NCBI GenBank assembly: GCA_019058445.1
Contig: JAHPZA010000009.1
Coordinates: forward strand, 646,410-710,409
DNA: 64,000 nucleotides
DNA from: Promethearchaeota archaeon
GTDB taxonomy: Archaea > Asgardarchaeota > Lokiarchaeia > Sigyniarchaeales > SOKP01
Direction of reading: 5' to 3'
Each line of letters starts with the position of its first letter. Within the stretch, counting starts at the first letter, position 1. A program made the translations under genes and the position numbers. Under the pieces are notes generated by a model. The model ran no database searches, had not been told where the DNA came from, and saw only the letters and a program-made list of their open reading frames with translations. Below are positions 1 to 9,665 of this stretch, piece by piece.

Positions 1-1386
1 GAGCTTTTTTACAAGTGCTAGTTTCTCTTCTCCTTCAAGTGTATAAAATTTTTTAAATATCAACCCCATGATAATCATCATAATCCCCGGAATTAATGCG
101 GTATGAATACGGATACCCAATAGAGCTGCGGCAGTTTGATCTGCTGGCCCAAAAGCATTTGGATCGGTATTATACCCTGTTAAGAGATGGATGGGGAGTA
201 TTACAAGAAAAATAAGAAGAAATGCAACACGAAAGAAAAAGGTTCTTATCCCTACCATACTCGCATCTACGCGGAAACCCATATGACTAGAGACCTCATC
301 ATAGGTATCTGAAGCCACGGGCATGAGCATAGTGGTCAAACCAATCCCGTTTATTTGGAATATAATAGTACAGATTAAATGTGCCCAAAAGTTAGGTGTG
401 AAAAAAAACTGTAGATATAAAATGCCTTGAAGTATATAAGTTACCCAATAAGTTTTCTTGAATCCATGCTTTCGAGAATAGTTATACCAGAATGGTATAG
501 ATAATATAGCAGCAGCGGTACCTAATAACGCGAGTAAGGTGTTCATTGCAAAAGGCACACCATAAACATCCTTTAACATATATGGCAAAGACGCGAGATA
601 TATAGTTGACGCAGTTACTTGTATCGTATAACCCGCTAAAGATACAGTGAAATTTTTTGTTTTAAGTGCAGTTTTCAAGGTACGAAAAAAACTAGTCTTC
701 TCTGCTTTCTCATATGCGGTTATAAACATCTGTTTCATTTCTGCTGACTCTTTTATTCCAGGAAAAATAATTATACTGAAGATGGCCATAAGGATTATCA
801 TAACTAAAGCACTAAATGCAAATGACGCTGGGTTTCCGAATTCTATTAGTAAAGACCCTATAATAATCATACCGGTTATTACTAAAAACATTATAATCGT
901 TACTATCGCAAAAGATCTTCTCCGTTCGTATTCTGAGGGGAACTGGTTGGTGTAGCCTCCATATACGTGGTCATTATAAATTGAGAAAAAAGTGTCGAAA
1001 GCGCACGTCATAAGTATAAACCATAGAAACATCACCATTGCGCCCATGCCTTGAGGGGGTATCCAGATTAAGTAGAAAAATATAAATATTAGGGGAGTGC
1101 ATACCACAACCCATGGAGCTCGTAGTCCATATCGTGGTGTCCATTTCAAGGGTTTATCCGTAAGGAAGCCTAAGAGTGGGTCGTTCACCATGTTCCATAA
1201 GGCAAATATTACGCCTGCAAGCAAAATATAGATAGCAGATAATCCCATTTCGACCTCATAAAAATAGAGTAGATTTGACAAACCATATAAAAGTATATAG
1301 TTGACAACAACATAGCCGAAACCGTAGGATATCATTTTTCCCGTAGAAGCTATTTCCCATTGACTCAAATCTTCTTCAATTGCCAT
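1..1386 (-). CDS. MFS transporter, GPH (Na+/melibiose-like) family; 3' end runs off the window
   Basis: Not in the ORF track. Manual translation from ATG at 1386 gives MAIEEDLSQWEIASTGKMISYGFG...WNMVNDPLLGFLTDKPLKWTPRYGLRAPW, with the GPH NDP..G..TD motif and many TM helices. Confidence 0.85.
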   Translation of the reverse strand, partial: MAIEEDLSQWEIASTGKMISYGFGYVVVNYILLYGLSNLLYFYEVEMGLSAIYILLAGVIFALWNMVNDPLLGFLTDKPLKWTPRYGLRAPWVVVCTPLIFIFFYLIWIPPQGMGAMVMFLWFILMTCAFDTFFSIYNDHVYGGYTNQFPSEYERRRSFAIVTIIMFLVITGMIIIGSLLIEFGNPASFAFSALVMIILMAIFSIIIFPGIKESAEMKQMFITAYEKAEKTSFFRTLKTALKTKNFTVSLAGYTIQVTASTIYLASLPYMLKDVYGVPFAMNTLLALLGTAAAILSIPFWYNYSRKHGFKKTYWVTYILQGILYLQFFFTPNFWAHLICTIIFQINGIGLTTMLMPVASDTYDEVSSHMGFRVDASMVGIRTFFFRVAFLLIFLVILPIHLLTGYNTDPNAFGPADQTAAALLGIRIHTALIPGIMMIIMGLIFKKFYTLEGEEKLALVKKL

Positions 1387-1726
1387 GATAAATTTCCTTT
1401 ATTGTATTTTATTTAATTTTCTATATTGGATTTATTAAATTTGTTTAAGTTTGTGTTTAGATATTTAAATTTGTAATCAATAAAAGTGTTCGATCATTAT
1501 ATAAATATATCGAATGGTTCAATTTTTTAACCATTTTTGTCTCGATTAATTTTATTTTGATATAACTATATTTAAGCCTTTTTATCAAAAAGAGATTTAA
1601 TTGTTAATTGAAAATTATCTTTAATGAAAAATGTTAAGATATCTTTCTTTTCATTTCAAATAAAAGATTTTAATTTAAATTGAATATTGATATCAATAAG
1701 GAAACTAGTGTGGGAATATTATAAAA

Positions 1727-2362
1727 ATGAGTTCAGATAAAAATGAAATAAAAGAAGAGCAAAAAGCTGTTTCTAAAAAGGAGAAATTGTATATTTATTT
1801 ATTCTGTGCTGTTTCTTTTGGTTTTACCTTGCTAATACTCCTATTAAGACTCTTCACAAAATGGGAATTAGTCCTTAGAAGACCATACACTGAAGCGTGG
1901 GCTTTTTTTTTCTGGCTTCTCATCTTAGCCTTTATTATATCACTATTTTATTTTGAAAAAAGAGAGATTGTTGTATTATTCTTAAGTAGCTTTATAGCCT
2001 TGTTTTGGGAGGTATTGGCTGAACCTTTTGGGTGGTATTTTGATTTGTGGCCTTTCGCCCCCCATTTAGATGACCATGTTGAAGTTTTTTATTTAGCATT
2101 GCTGCTTGGCTTTGAATTTTACGGAGGGTATTATATTTTTGGCATGTTGTACATTAAAATATATAACAGCGAATTTAAATATAGAATCCATCTCTTAATA
2201 ACAATGTGCATGGTTTTAACAGTTTGTGGGTGGCTCGGTGATATCCACATAGCTCGATTTGACACTTATATCATAACATTCTTTGTCTGGTTAATTCTTA
2301 ATTCCTCGCATTTGATGGGAGTTATTTTCTTATACAAGTATATCATGAAAAGCGGGGATTAA
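1727..2362 (+). CDS. Hypothetical polytopic membrane protein
   Basis: 211-aa ORF with about 6 hydrophobic segments and no recognised motif. Confidence 0.7.
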   Translation: MSSDKNEIKEEQKAVSKKEKLYIYLFCAVSFGFTLLILLLRLFTKWELVLRRPYTEAWAFFFWLLILAFIISLFYFEKREIVVLFLSSFIALFWEVLAEPFGWYFDLWPFAPHLDDHVEVFYLALLLGFEFYGGYYIFGMLYIKIYNSEFKYRIHLLITMCMVLTVCGWLGDIHIARFDTYIITFFVWLILNSSHLMGVIFLYKYIMKSGD

Positions 2363-2495
2363 ATTCTTTTTTTTCCCTTTTTTCTATCATCATATTTTGA
2401 AATTAAAAAATAACTAATTTTGTTTGATTACTAGAAGAAATTAATAAAAAATCAAACATTTGCAGTCTTATTGATATACTCTTTTTCATATTTCT

Positions 2496-3785
2496 ATGAA
2501 ATGTATAGAGAGATTTAAAGAACTTTGGAAGAGTTATAACGTATTTCGAATTGCTGTGGTAATTCACTTATGTTATTTTATAATCTCACTTATTTGTGTC
2601 CTCACAATATTAAGAGATCAAAATGATTTTCTTATTTATTTTAATGCGGGGAGAATTTTTTACACAAACATCAATGACTTATATAATCAGGAGCACTACA
2701 TTTGGGATTATAGATACCTTCCATTGTCTGCAATGTTTTTTGTTCCATTTTATCTCTTAGGTTTTGACTTGGGATTTATAGTTTTCCATGTATTGAATTT
2801 AATTTTGAATATATTAATCTGTGTGTTGCTTTATAAAATTATCAGATTAGTAAGAAAGGAAGATCATGAGCAAGATGATAAGAGGATTATTTTATACATT
2901 AGCTTGTATTTAGTAGCTGCCCCTCAAATGTTTAATTATATTCTTGGTCAAATCAATTTATACATTACATTTTTTATGCTTATAGCGCTTTATATTTTTT
3001 TAGAATTCGAACAATTAAAATGGCATTTATTGGGAAGTATGGTATTGGGGTTAAGTATTGTGTTAAAACCTACAGCCCTTCTCTTAATTCCTTTTTTAAT
3101 AGTAATTAATTATAATGTATATCACAAAAAACTAATTTTCGATTTTTATAAAAGTGCCATTAGAATAATCGGAGTAATATTTCCAATTTCATTAAATATT
3201 ATCATTTTTCTCTTATATCCTAAATTATGGGATGGCTTCGTTGAGACTAATTTTACAGGGGGAAATCCACTCACCTTAAACTTCTCATTTAGCATCACAA
3301 AGATTATTTTAAATTTTTGTTATATGTATAACATCCCGTTCAATCAAATCTATATTCTATTGATTGTTTTTGGAATATTTGGCATTTTAGGGTATATATT
3401 TTTTCTTTTTGGAAAATATCATGAAAGAGATTCCATTATTTATGGCTTTACATTCGGTTTAGTAATAACTTTATTAGTATATTATGATTCTTGGAATCAT
3501 CATTTGCTAAATCTGACACCCTTATTGATTATTTTGATATTTATTTTGCCCCGTAATTCAGATATTACTGATAAATATATTAAAAAAGGATTTTTCTTCT
3601 TCAGTTTTTTCGATTTAGCATTTATGGGACTATGGTTTCTTACAGTACTTTGGTTCCCCTATAATTTCGCGAGTACAATTTTTCTACTATTAATTTTTTA
3701 TGGTTTAAGCAAACATAGTCTATCTACAGATAATAAGGATTCATTCAATAAACACGTTAAGAAAATCCAAGGAGGGAAAGTTTGA
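2496..3785 (+). CDS. GT-C membrane glycosyltransferase, GT87/DUF2029-like
   Basis: Motifs DFLIYFNAG, YRYLP, GQIN, LKP and W.HH, plus about 11 TM segments. Confidence 0.8.
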   Translation: MKCIERFKELWKSYNVFRIAVVIHLCYFIISLICVLTILRDQNDFLIYFNAGRIFYTNINDLYNQEHYIWDYRYLPLSAMFFVPFYLLGFDLGFIVFHVLNLILNILICVLLYKIIRLVRKEDHEQDDKRIILYISLYLVAAPQMFNYILGQINLYITFFMLIALYIFLEFEQLKWHLLGSMVLGLSIVLKPTALLLIPFLIVINYNVYHKKLIFDFYKSAIRIIGVIFPISLNIIIFLLYPKLWDGFVETNFTGGNPLTLNFSFSITKIILNFCYMYNIPFNQIYILLIVFGIFGILGYIFFLFGKYHERDSIIYGFTFGLVITLLVYYDSWNHHLLNLTPLLIILIFILPRNSDITDKYIKKGFFFFSFFDLAFMGLWFLTVLWFPYNFASTIFLLLIFYGLSKHSLSTDNKDSFNKHVKKIQGGKV

Positions 3786-4543
3786 AATTCAATTCTTTTT
3801 TAATTAGTTACTTTTTATTATTAATAATACTAATTGGATTAATTCCATTCGCAAAAGCGTCTGATTACAAGATTGGTGTAGAAAAGGGAGATGTTTTTAT
3901 ATGGAACTGTAATGTGTGCGATAATAATAAAATAGATGAGATATTAGGAGAAGAATGGGATGATGAGGGTTTTTTTGAAGATATAGAGCAAGGAACTCAT
4001 ATGAAGTGGAGAATAAGAGAAACTGATGATGATGAAAAAATTTATAGCTCGGAAACAAAAGATAATGAAACTGTGTACACTTTAGAATTTAGTAAATGGA
4101 TCTGGAAAACTACTGATGAGTGGGGTGATGAAGATAAGGAAGAATATTCTAATCTTTTTAAAGATCCTGATGATTTCTCAGATGATTTTATTTTTCCTGA
4201 ATTAGCTCCAATTTGGCTCCCACAACCTATGGGGGAATATTTGAAAAATATTGACCTATATGAAGGATATACGGTAGATGCTAGAGTAATAGATGCTATT
4301 ACCTGTGAGATCAATAGAGCTGATATTGATGATAAATATCCTAAAGAAAATATAAAAGTTGTAGCAATGTATAACGACCAAGGCATTTTAAAATCTTATA
4401 AACTCTATATAGGAGATCATAAAGTAATTTTAGATATCTCCTTAGAATCGTTTATCACAATTAATTTCCTCTTGTTATCAATTATAACAGCATTTTTTTA
4501 TGTCGGAATCATTTATGTTATATATAAACTAATGAAATCATAA
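3782..4543 (+). CDS. Secreted or membrane-anchored acidic hypothetical protein
   Basis: Signal-like N-terminus (..PFAKA|SD), acidic body and C-terminal TM anchor; overlaps the upstream stop by 4 nt. Confidence 0.7.
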   Translation: MKFNSFLISYFLLLIILIGLIPFAKASDYKIGVEKGDVFIWNCNVCDNNKIDEILGEEWDDEGFFEDIEQGTHMKWRIRETDDDEKIYSSETKDNETVYTLEFSKWIWKTTDEWGDEDKEEYSNLFKDPDDFSDDFIFPELAPIWLPQPMGEYLKNIDLYEGYTVDARVIDAITCEINRADIDDKYPKENIKVVAMYNDQGILKSYKLYIGDHKVILDISLESFITINFLLLSIITAFFYVGIIYVIYKLMKS

Positions 4544-4588
4544 AGATTTGAAATATTAATTCAATTATAAAATAATATCTTAGAAAAA

Positions 4589-5308
4589 ATGGAGATAATA
4601 CCTGCTATTGATATTAGTGGAGGAAAATGTGTTAGATTATTTAAAGGTCAAAAAGGAACTGAAAAAATATATTATGAAAATCCACTTGATGCTTTGGTTT
4701 TTTGGATTGAACAAGGAGCTAAGAGATTACATTTTGTTGACTTAGATGGAGCATGGGGATCGGATAAAAATAAAGAAATTCTAAAGAAGATGTTAAGAAA
4801 GGCAAAAGATAGGAGTTTAAAAATTCAAATAGGAGGTGGAATCAGGACATATCAAGCGGCCGTTGATCTTATCGATATTGGAGCTGAACGTGTTATAATT
4901 GGAACTCTCGCGATAAAACAACCAGAGGTTATAAAAAAATTATCTGACGAAGTTGGAGCGGAACATATTATTGTTGCTTTAGATTATAAAGAAGGTAAAA
5001 TCTCAACACATGGGTGGACCCAACAAACAAATAAAGATCCTTTTATGTATGGAAAAATAATTGCCATGCTTGGAGCAGGATATATATTATTTTCTTCAGT
5101 CGAAGCTGATGGAGCTTTTATTGGACCAGATATAAAAAATATTGAAAAAATGGTACAATCTGTGGACATTCCAGTATATGCTGCGGGTGGTGTGAGAAAT
5201 GAGGGAGATATTAAAAATTTGGAAAAAATCGGTACTCATGGAGTTATCATTGGTAAGGCGTTCTATGAAAAAAAATTACCCCTTTCAATATTAAAAAAAT
5301 CAAAATAA
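4589..5308 (+). CDS. hisA: ProFAR isomerase HisA
   Basis: Motifs IIPAIDI..GKCVRL, HFVDLDGA, QIGGGIR and AAGGV. Confidence 0.95.
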   Translation: MEIIPAIDISGGKCVRLFKGQKGTEKIYYENPLDALVFWIEQGAKRLHFVDLDGAWGSDKNKEILKKMLRKAKDRSLKIQIGGGIRTYQAAVDLIDIGAERVIIGTLAIKQPEVIKKLSDEVGAEHIIVALDYKEGKISTHGWTQQTNKDPFMYGKIIAMLGAGYILFSSVEADGAFIGPDIKNIEKMVQSVDIPVYAAGGVRNEGDIKNLEKIGTHGVIIGKAFYEKKLPLSILKKSK

Positions 5309-5395
5309 ATTAATAAAAACTAAGATAAATAAGCAATATTTCCAACTTTAACTTAAATAAATATTAAATTTAATCTGAAATTAACAAAATTATCC

Positions 5396-6115
5396 ATGCA
5401 GCAATATCTTTTTTTTCAAGAGTATTTGATTATTTTTTTTCCAGCACTGCTATTGGGGCTTCTACATACAATCTCACCATGTGAAGATAAGAGTATTTTC
5501 TGTTTTTACACATTTGGTATCACTAAAGACACTAGAAAAAGTTTATATATCTTAATTTTATACGGATTAGGGCTAATGACGGCAAATTTAACAATTGCGA
5601 CTATCATGATATTAATAAGTTTAGTACCTCTGATTATTTTTCCTGCATATGTTGCTGATCCATATGCTATCAATTTTTTTGGATCGCTTTCTTCTACATT
5701 TGTAGCAATTTTCTTTCTATTTTTTATAACCCAACGAGATTATGAACCTCATTCTAAGTTAAAAAAACAATTTAATAAGTTAGATTGGGAAAAAAAAAGA
5801 ACCCCATATCTGTTAGGAGTATTATCAGGATTTCCCCCTTGTATTTTTGAATTGTTTATTTATTCTCAATGTTTAATTTTTTCTTTAAGTTATGGTTTTT
5901 TAGAAGCAATTTTAACGGTGTTTTATTTCTCTATTGGTACTTTTATCGGACTTTTTCCTCTTGCATTAGCTAAAGAAAGTTTTGAAACCAGATTTAATGA
6001 ACAAAAGAGGAAAAGAATCTATATTATCATGATCTTGATAATAATTCTATTTAACACGATAATTCTGATACTAAGCTTCCTTAGAATTCACATTTTCCCC
6101 GTTCACGTGCATTAA
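5396..6115 (+). CDS. DsbD_2/UreH/NiCoT-like membrane protein
   Basis: GLLHTISPC and G.PPC motifs, about 6 TMs, C-terminal HVH. Confidence 0.55.
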   Translation: MQQYLFFQEYLIIFFPALLLGLLHTISPCEDKSIFCFYTFGITKDTRKSLYILILYGLGLMTANLTIATIMILISLVPLIIFPAYVADPYAINFFGSLSSTFVAIFFLFFITQRDYEPHSKLKKQFNKLDWEKKRTPYLLGVLSGFPPCIFELFIYSQCLIFSLSYGFLEAILTVFYFSIGTFIGLFPLALAKESFETRFNEQKRKRIYIIMILIIILFNTIILILSFLRIHIFPVHVH

Positions 6116-6247
6116 ATAAGATATTTTGATAGTTTCTAAATATAAGCATTTAAATATAAAAACTGGTCTAGTAAAAATTATTATTATGGTATTATTATAT
6201 TATCTTTAAAGAAAAATAAGAGAAAAAAATAACAATAAATTACAGTC

Positions 6248-8620
6248 ATGACTGATAATTGCTTATTCTGCGATTCTAAAAGTATTGATTTCAAATGTGA
6301 AAAATGTAAATCAAGTTTTTGTATCAACCATATGGCAACAACCGAGAGTTGGGAATGTAAAAAACATTTTGATTTAAAATACTCTAAAGCAGATGCAGTG
6401 GAAAATAATTATAAATGTTCTGTTGTTGAAAATAGTAGATGTCCTGAGTGTACTTCATTATTGAGGGTTAAACGGCTATCTTCGGGACAATTTTATTTAA
6501 GTTGTACAAAATGTGGATGGAACTCTTATGAAAAAACACCGGGGTTATTTTATCCGTCAAAGGATCAGCTTGCAAGAGAAGCAAGAAGGTATAATCTTAT
6601 TACAGGGTCCTCAATAAAGGATTGTAATAAGAAGCTAAAATATACCACTGGACGTAAAATTTGCCCTAATTGTTTTTTAGAACTTTTAAAACGAGCTGTA
6701 ACCACAAATTTTTCTACGATAATGGACACATTCAACATTACTGCAGAACAAATGATAAAATTAATTACGCAATATATTGAAGAAAATAGGATATATGGAA
6801 TTATAGATCAAAAGAATCGCATGTTCTATTATATTTCGGACGAAATGAGAGAGAAATTAATTTCTAAAATTCAAAATGAAGGGGCAATAAAAGTGGCAGA
6901 TTTAGGTATCATGTTGGATATGAGCTCAGAAATGGCCCTTCAAGTGGTTTATAGGCTTATTAGTCAGCATCAAATACGAGGTTCGTTTTCTAAAGATAAA
7001 AAGAATTATTTTACTCAGAAATATATTACCGATAATTTAATTAAGAATATTACAGAAAAGGGAAGAGTCCCTATTGCTGAATTAGCTAAAAATTTTAACA
7101 TTCCCTCAGAGTTAATTAAAAATTTTTGTGTAAATTTGATGAAAACAAAGATGGTTGATGCTTTTTTTGCTGCGAGAGGGAAAGAAATTGTAACTACAAA
7201 TCAATTACATACTGAGATTAAAAAATATGCAAAAGAGGTCGGGGTTGTTAAGCTCAGCAAACTTGCTGAAAAAGAGAATATCGCTGTAGAATTAGCTAGA
7301 AAAACTCTACATGAAATGATAAAGCAAGGTGTTATACAAGGCATTTTCACACAACGGAGAGAATTTATGACAATGAAACATCTTGAAACAAAAATAAAAG
7401 AACTTGCCAGAGCTTATAGAAATATGAAACTAAGGGAAATATCTAATAGATTAGGGATTACAGAGGCTAGTGTGGAAGAAAATTTGGCTAAGTTAATAGG
7501 ACAGGGAGATATAGATGGATATATAGATTCACAAAAAAAGATGTTTGTAGCATACAGCGTACCTTTAGAGGGAAGAAAGGCTGCTCCAGCAAAAGCCAAA
7601 GTAGCATCAAAGGAGGGAGGAGATAATATAGAAGTATTAAGAGACTATGATTTTGAGGGGGGACAACTTCATTTCAAAGTGGTAGTCAGAAATCATAGTG
7701 AAATGGCAATTAATAATGTTAAAGTTGTGTTAGATGTACCAACTAGTTATAACGTGAAACAACCATTAATCACTATACCTGTCATAGAGTCTAATAACTC
7801 CCGAGGAGTTGATTTTTATTTAGAACCAAAAGAATGTGGAATCTCAAACATCGGCGGGACCGTGATCTATAAAAACGCCCTAGGAGAACAAAATACAATT
7901 CACGTCAGAAAGAAGGAGGTTCAAATCAAGTGTCCCCTCGTTTGTACTTCAATGAGCACAATAGAGGATTGCCAGCTCTCTATTCAGGACCTTCCTAATG
8001 ATGCTCGAGCTTTTTTAATCACTGATTTAGATCCCCGACTCGTATACAGAGCAGCCATTAGGGCTTTAAAATATTTTGAGACTAGCATGGTAACATCTTT
8101 TGAGGGAGGTGATGCTTCAAGCTCATATGAAGCTGAAGCATGGTTCTGCGCAGAAGCAAAAGTTACGGGAGGAAGGATAATTACTAGAGTCTTTATTTCA
8201 GCAACAAATCAGTCATTAGAGGTCAGAGTATGGTGCGCAAATCCGGGACAACTCACAGGATTTTTAGCTAGGGTAATTGAACTGTTAATGGAACAGATTG
8301 AAATTATCAGGAAGATTAAAAGCGAGGAACGCGAGAAAACTATCGATGTGATGGCTGTAACACAGAACTTGGCAGAGATTTCTGATTATTGTATGCTTAG
8401 ATGGAAAGCTCAAAACATTCGAACTAAATTACATGATACCTTCGTCAGATTAAGGAAAATATTAAAAGAAGATAATCCTGTGCTAGGTCGCATCGAATTT
8501 TGGTTAACAAGACTCAATAAATACGAAAAAGATGATAATATTACTGATGATGATGCAGATAAACTTGTAAACGATGTAGAACAATTCCGGAATGTACTTA
8601 CTAGAACTCTAAAAATTTAG
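6248..8620 (+). CDS. Multi-domain protein: Zn fingers, winged-helix (PCI/UFL1-like) repeats, Ig-like appendage/platform domain
   Basis: N-terminal CxxC pairs; about 5 repeats ending in G.(I/F)....(Y/F).T/S; C-terminal beta-sandwich (FKVVVRNHSEMAINNVKVVL) followed by an alpha/beta region and helices. Confidence 0.7.
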   Translation: MTDNCLFCDSKSIDFKCEKCKSSFCINHMATTESWECKKHFDLKYSKADAVENNYKCSVVENSRCPECTSLLRVKRLSSGQFYLSCTKCGWNSYEKTPGLFYPSKDQLAREARRYNLITGSSIKDCNKKLKYTTGRKICPNCFLELLKRAVTTNFSTIMDTFNITAEQMIKLITQYIEENRIYGIIDQKNRMFYYISDEMREKLISKIQNEGAIKVADLGIMLDMSSEMALQVVYRLISQHQIRGSFSKDKKNYFTQKYITDNLIKNITEKGRVPIAELAKNFNIPSELIKNFCVNLMKTKMVDAFFAARGKEIVTTNQLHTEIKKYAKEVGVVKLSKLAEKENIAVELARKTLHEMIKQGVIQGIFTQRREFMTMKHLETKIKELARAYRNMKLREISNRLGITEASVEENLAKLIGQGDIDGYIDSQKKMFVAYSVPLEGRKAAPAKAKVASKEGGDNIEVLRDYDFEGGQLHFKVVVRNHSEMAINNVKVVLDVPTSYNVKQPLITIPVIESNNSRGVDFYLEPKECGISNIGGTVIYKNALGEQNTIHVRKKEVQIKCPLVCTSMSTIEDCQLSIQDLPNDARAFLITDLDPRLVYRAAIRALKYFETSMVTSFEGGDASSSYEAEAWFCAEAKVTGGRIITRVFISATNQSLEVRVWCANPGQLTGFLARVIELLMEQIEIIRKIKSEEREKTIDVMAVTQNLAEISDYCMLRWKAQNIRTKLHDTFVRLRKILKEDNPVLGRIEFWLTRLNKYEKDDNITDDDADKLVNDVEQFRNVLTRTLKI

Positions 8621-8699
8621 GGGTCAACCACAAATAAATATATATAATGTGTTAAACATTATATTGATTAACAAAGAGTAAAAAGAGTGAAAATAAAAC

Positions 8700-9116
8700 A
8701 TGCCAATAATAAGCATCTCGATTAGTGAAAGCCTCAAGAAATTTATAAATAAGTTAGTATCTAGTAGACAATATGAAAACCGATCAAAAATTATTAGAGA
8801 TGCGCTATTACGGTTAATGCAAAATCCCGAAATTTCCAATATTACTGATTCATCTGGAGAAGTATTTCCAATTGAAAATAAGAATATTATTGGAAATATG
8901 ATTGTGGTTTTACCTAACGACTCCAATGTCCTGAAGAAATTAAACAGAATAGAATTTAAATATAAAGATTATATAGTAAGTAAAAACCAACATTTTGCTA
9001 AAAATCTTCAATTATATATGGTTTTTGAGGGGTCAATCGAAGATTTTCATAAAATTGTTGTAGAAATAAATTCGATAAAAGAAGTTACTAATTTTCGATA
9101 CTTAATCGATAATTAA
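8700..9116 (+). CDS. NikR-like regulator (ribbon-helix-helix plus ACT-like domain)
   Basis: MPIISISI...YENRSKIIRDAL is an RHH signature; the C-terminus is ACT-sized. Confidence 0.75.
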   Translation: MPIISISISESLKKFINKLVSSRQYENRSKIIRDALLRLMQNPEISNITDSSGEVFPIENKNIIGNMIVVLPNDSNVLKKLNRIEFKYKDYIVSKNQHFAKNLQLYMVFEGSIEDFHKIVVEINSIKEVTNFRYLIDN

Positions 9117-9203
9117 AAGAACCTCTTCTTTTGTATGTTGTTATTATTTATTTTAAATCACAAATTCTAAGAAGATAATAATTAATATTTTGGTGATAAT
9201 CAC

Positions 9204-9554
9204 TTGGGTAAAAATAAATATGGTAAGGGTTATCAGAAGAAAGGTAAAGACGCTGGATCGAAAGGAGGAGCTCCAATCCGTAGTGGAAAAATTAAGGCTA
9301 GCCATATATTAGTTGAAAAACTAAGTAAGGCTCAAGAAATATATGAAGATTTGCAAGCTGGTGAAGATTTTCAAAAATTAGCACAAAAATATTCTACATG
9401 TCCCAGTAAGAACAAGGGAGGAAATTTAGGAGAATTTCCAAAAGGACAGATGGTTACAGAATTTTGGAATGCGTGTGTTAAATTGGGAATTGGACAGATT
9501 TCGCAGCCAGTAAAAACTCAATTTGGATATCATATCATTAAAAGAACTGGTTGA
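9204..9554 (+). CDS. ppiC: Parvulin-type peptidyl-prolyl isomerase
   Basis: Motifs ASHILV, AQKYSTCPS..KGGNLG.F..GQMV and PVKTQFGYHII. Confidence 0.95.
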   Translation: MGKNKYGKGYQKKGKDAGSKGGAPIRSGKIKASHILVEKLSKAQEIYEDLQAGEDFQKLAQKYSTCPSKNKGGNLGEFPKGQMVTEFWNACVKLGIGQISQPVKTQFGYHIIKRTG

Positions 9555-9572
9555 ATTCCAAAGAAAAAATAA

Positions 9573-9665
9573 TAGCCGCGCACGGATTCGAACCGTGGTC
9601 TAGGGGTTTCTCCCAGCATAATGCTGTTCAGGGCCCCCGATGCTTGACCGCTACACCACGCGGCT
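9573..9665 (-). tRNA. tRNA-Gln(CUG) with a 20-nt BHB intron at 37/38 (intron 9608-9627)
   Basis: Acceptor stem AGCCGCG/CGCGGCT (A1-U72, typical of archaeal Gln), D arm GTGT/GCAT, anticodon stem GGGGG/CCCCT, T arm CACGG-TTCGAAT-CCGTG; intron hairpin CAGCA-TTA-TGCTG. Confidence 0.9.

Noticed and set aside
647-955. 102-aa plus-strand ORF
   Set aside because: It is antisense to the MFS gene at 1-1386, which has clear family motifs.
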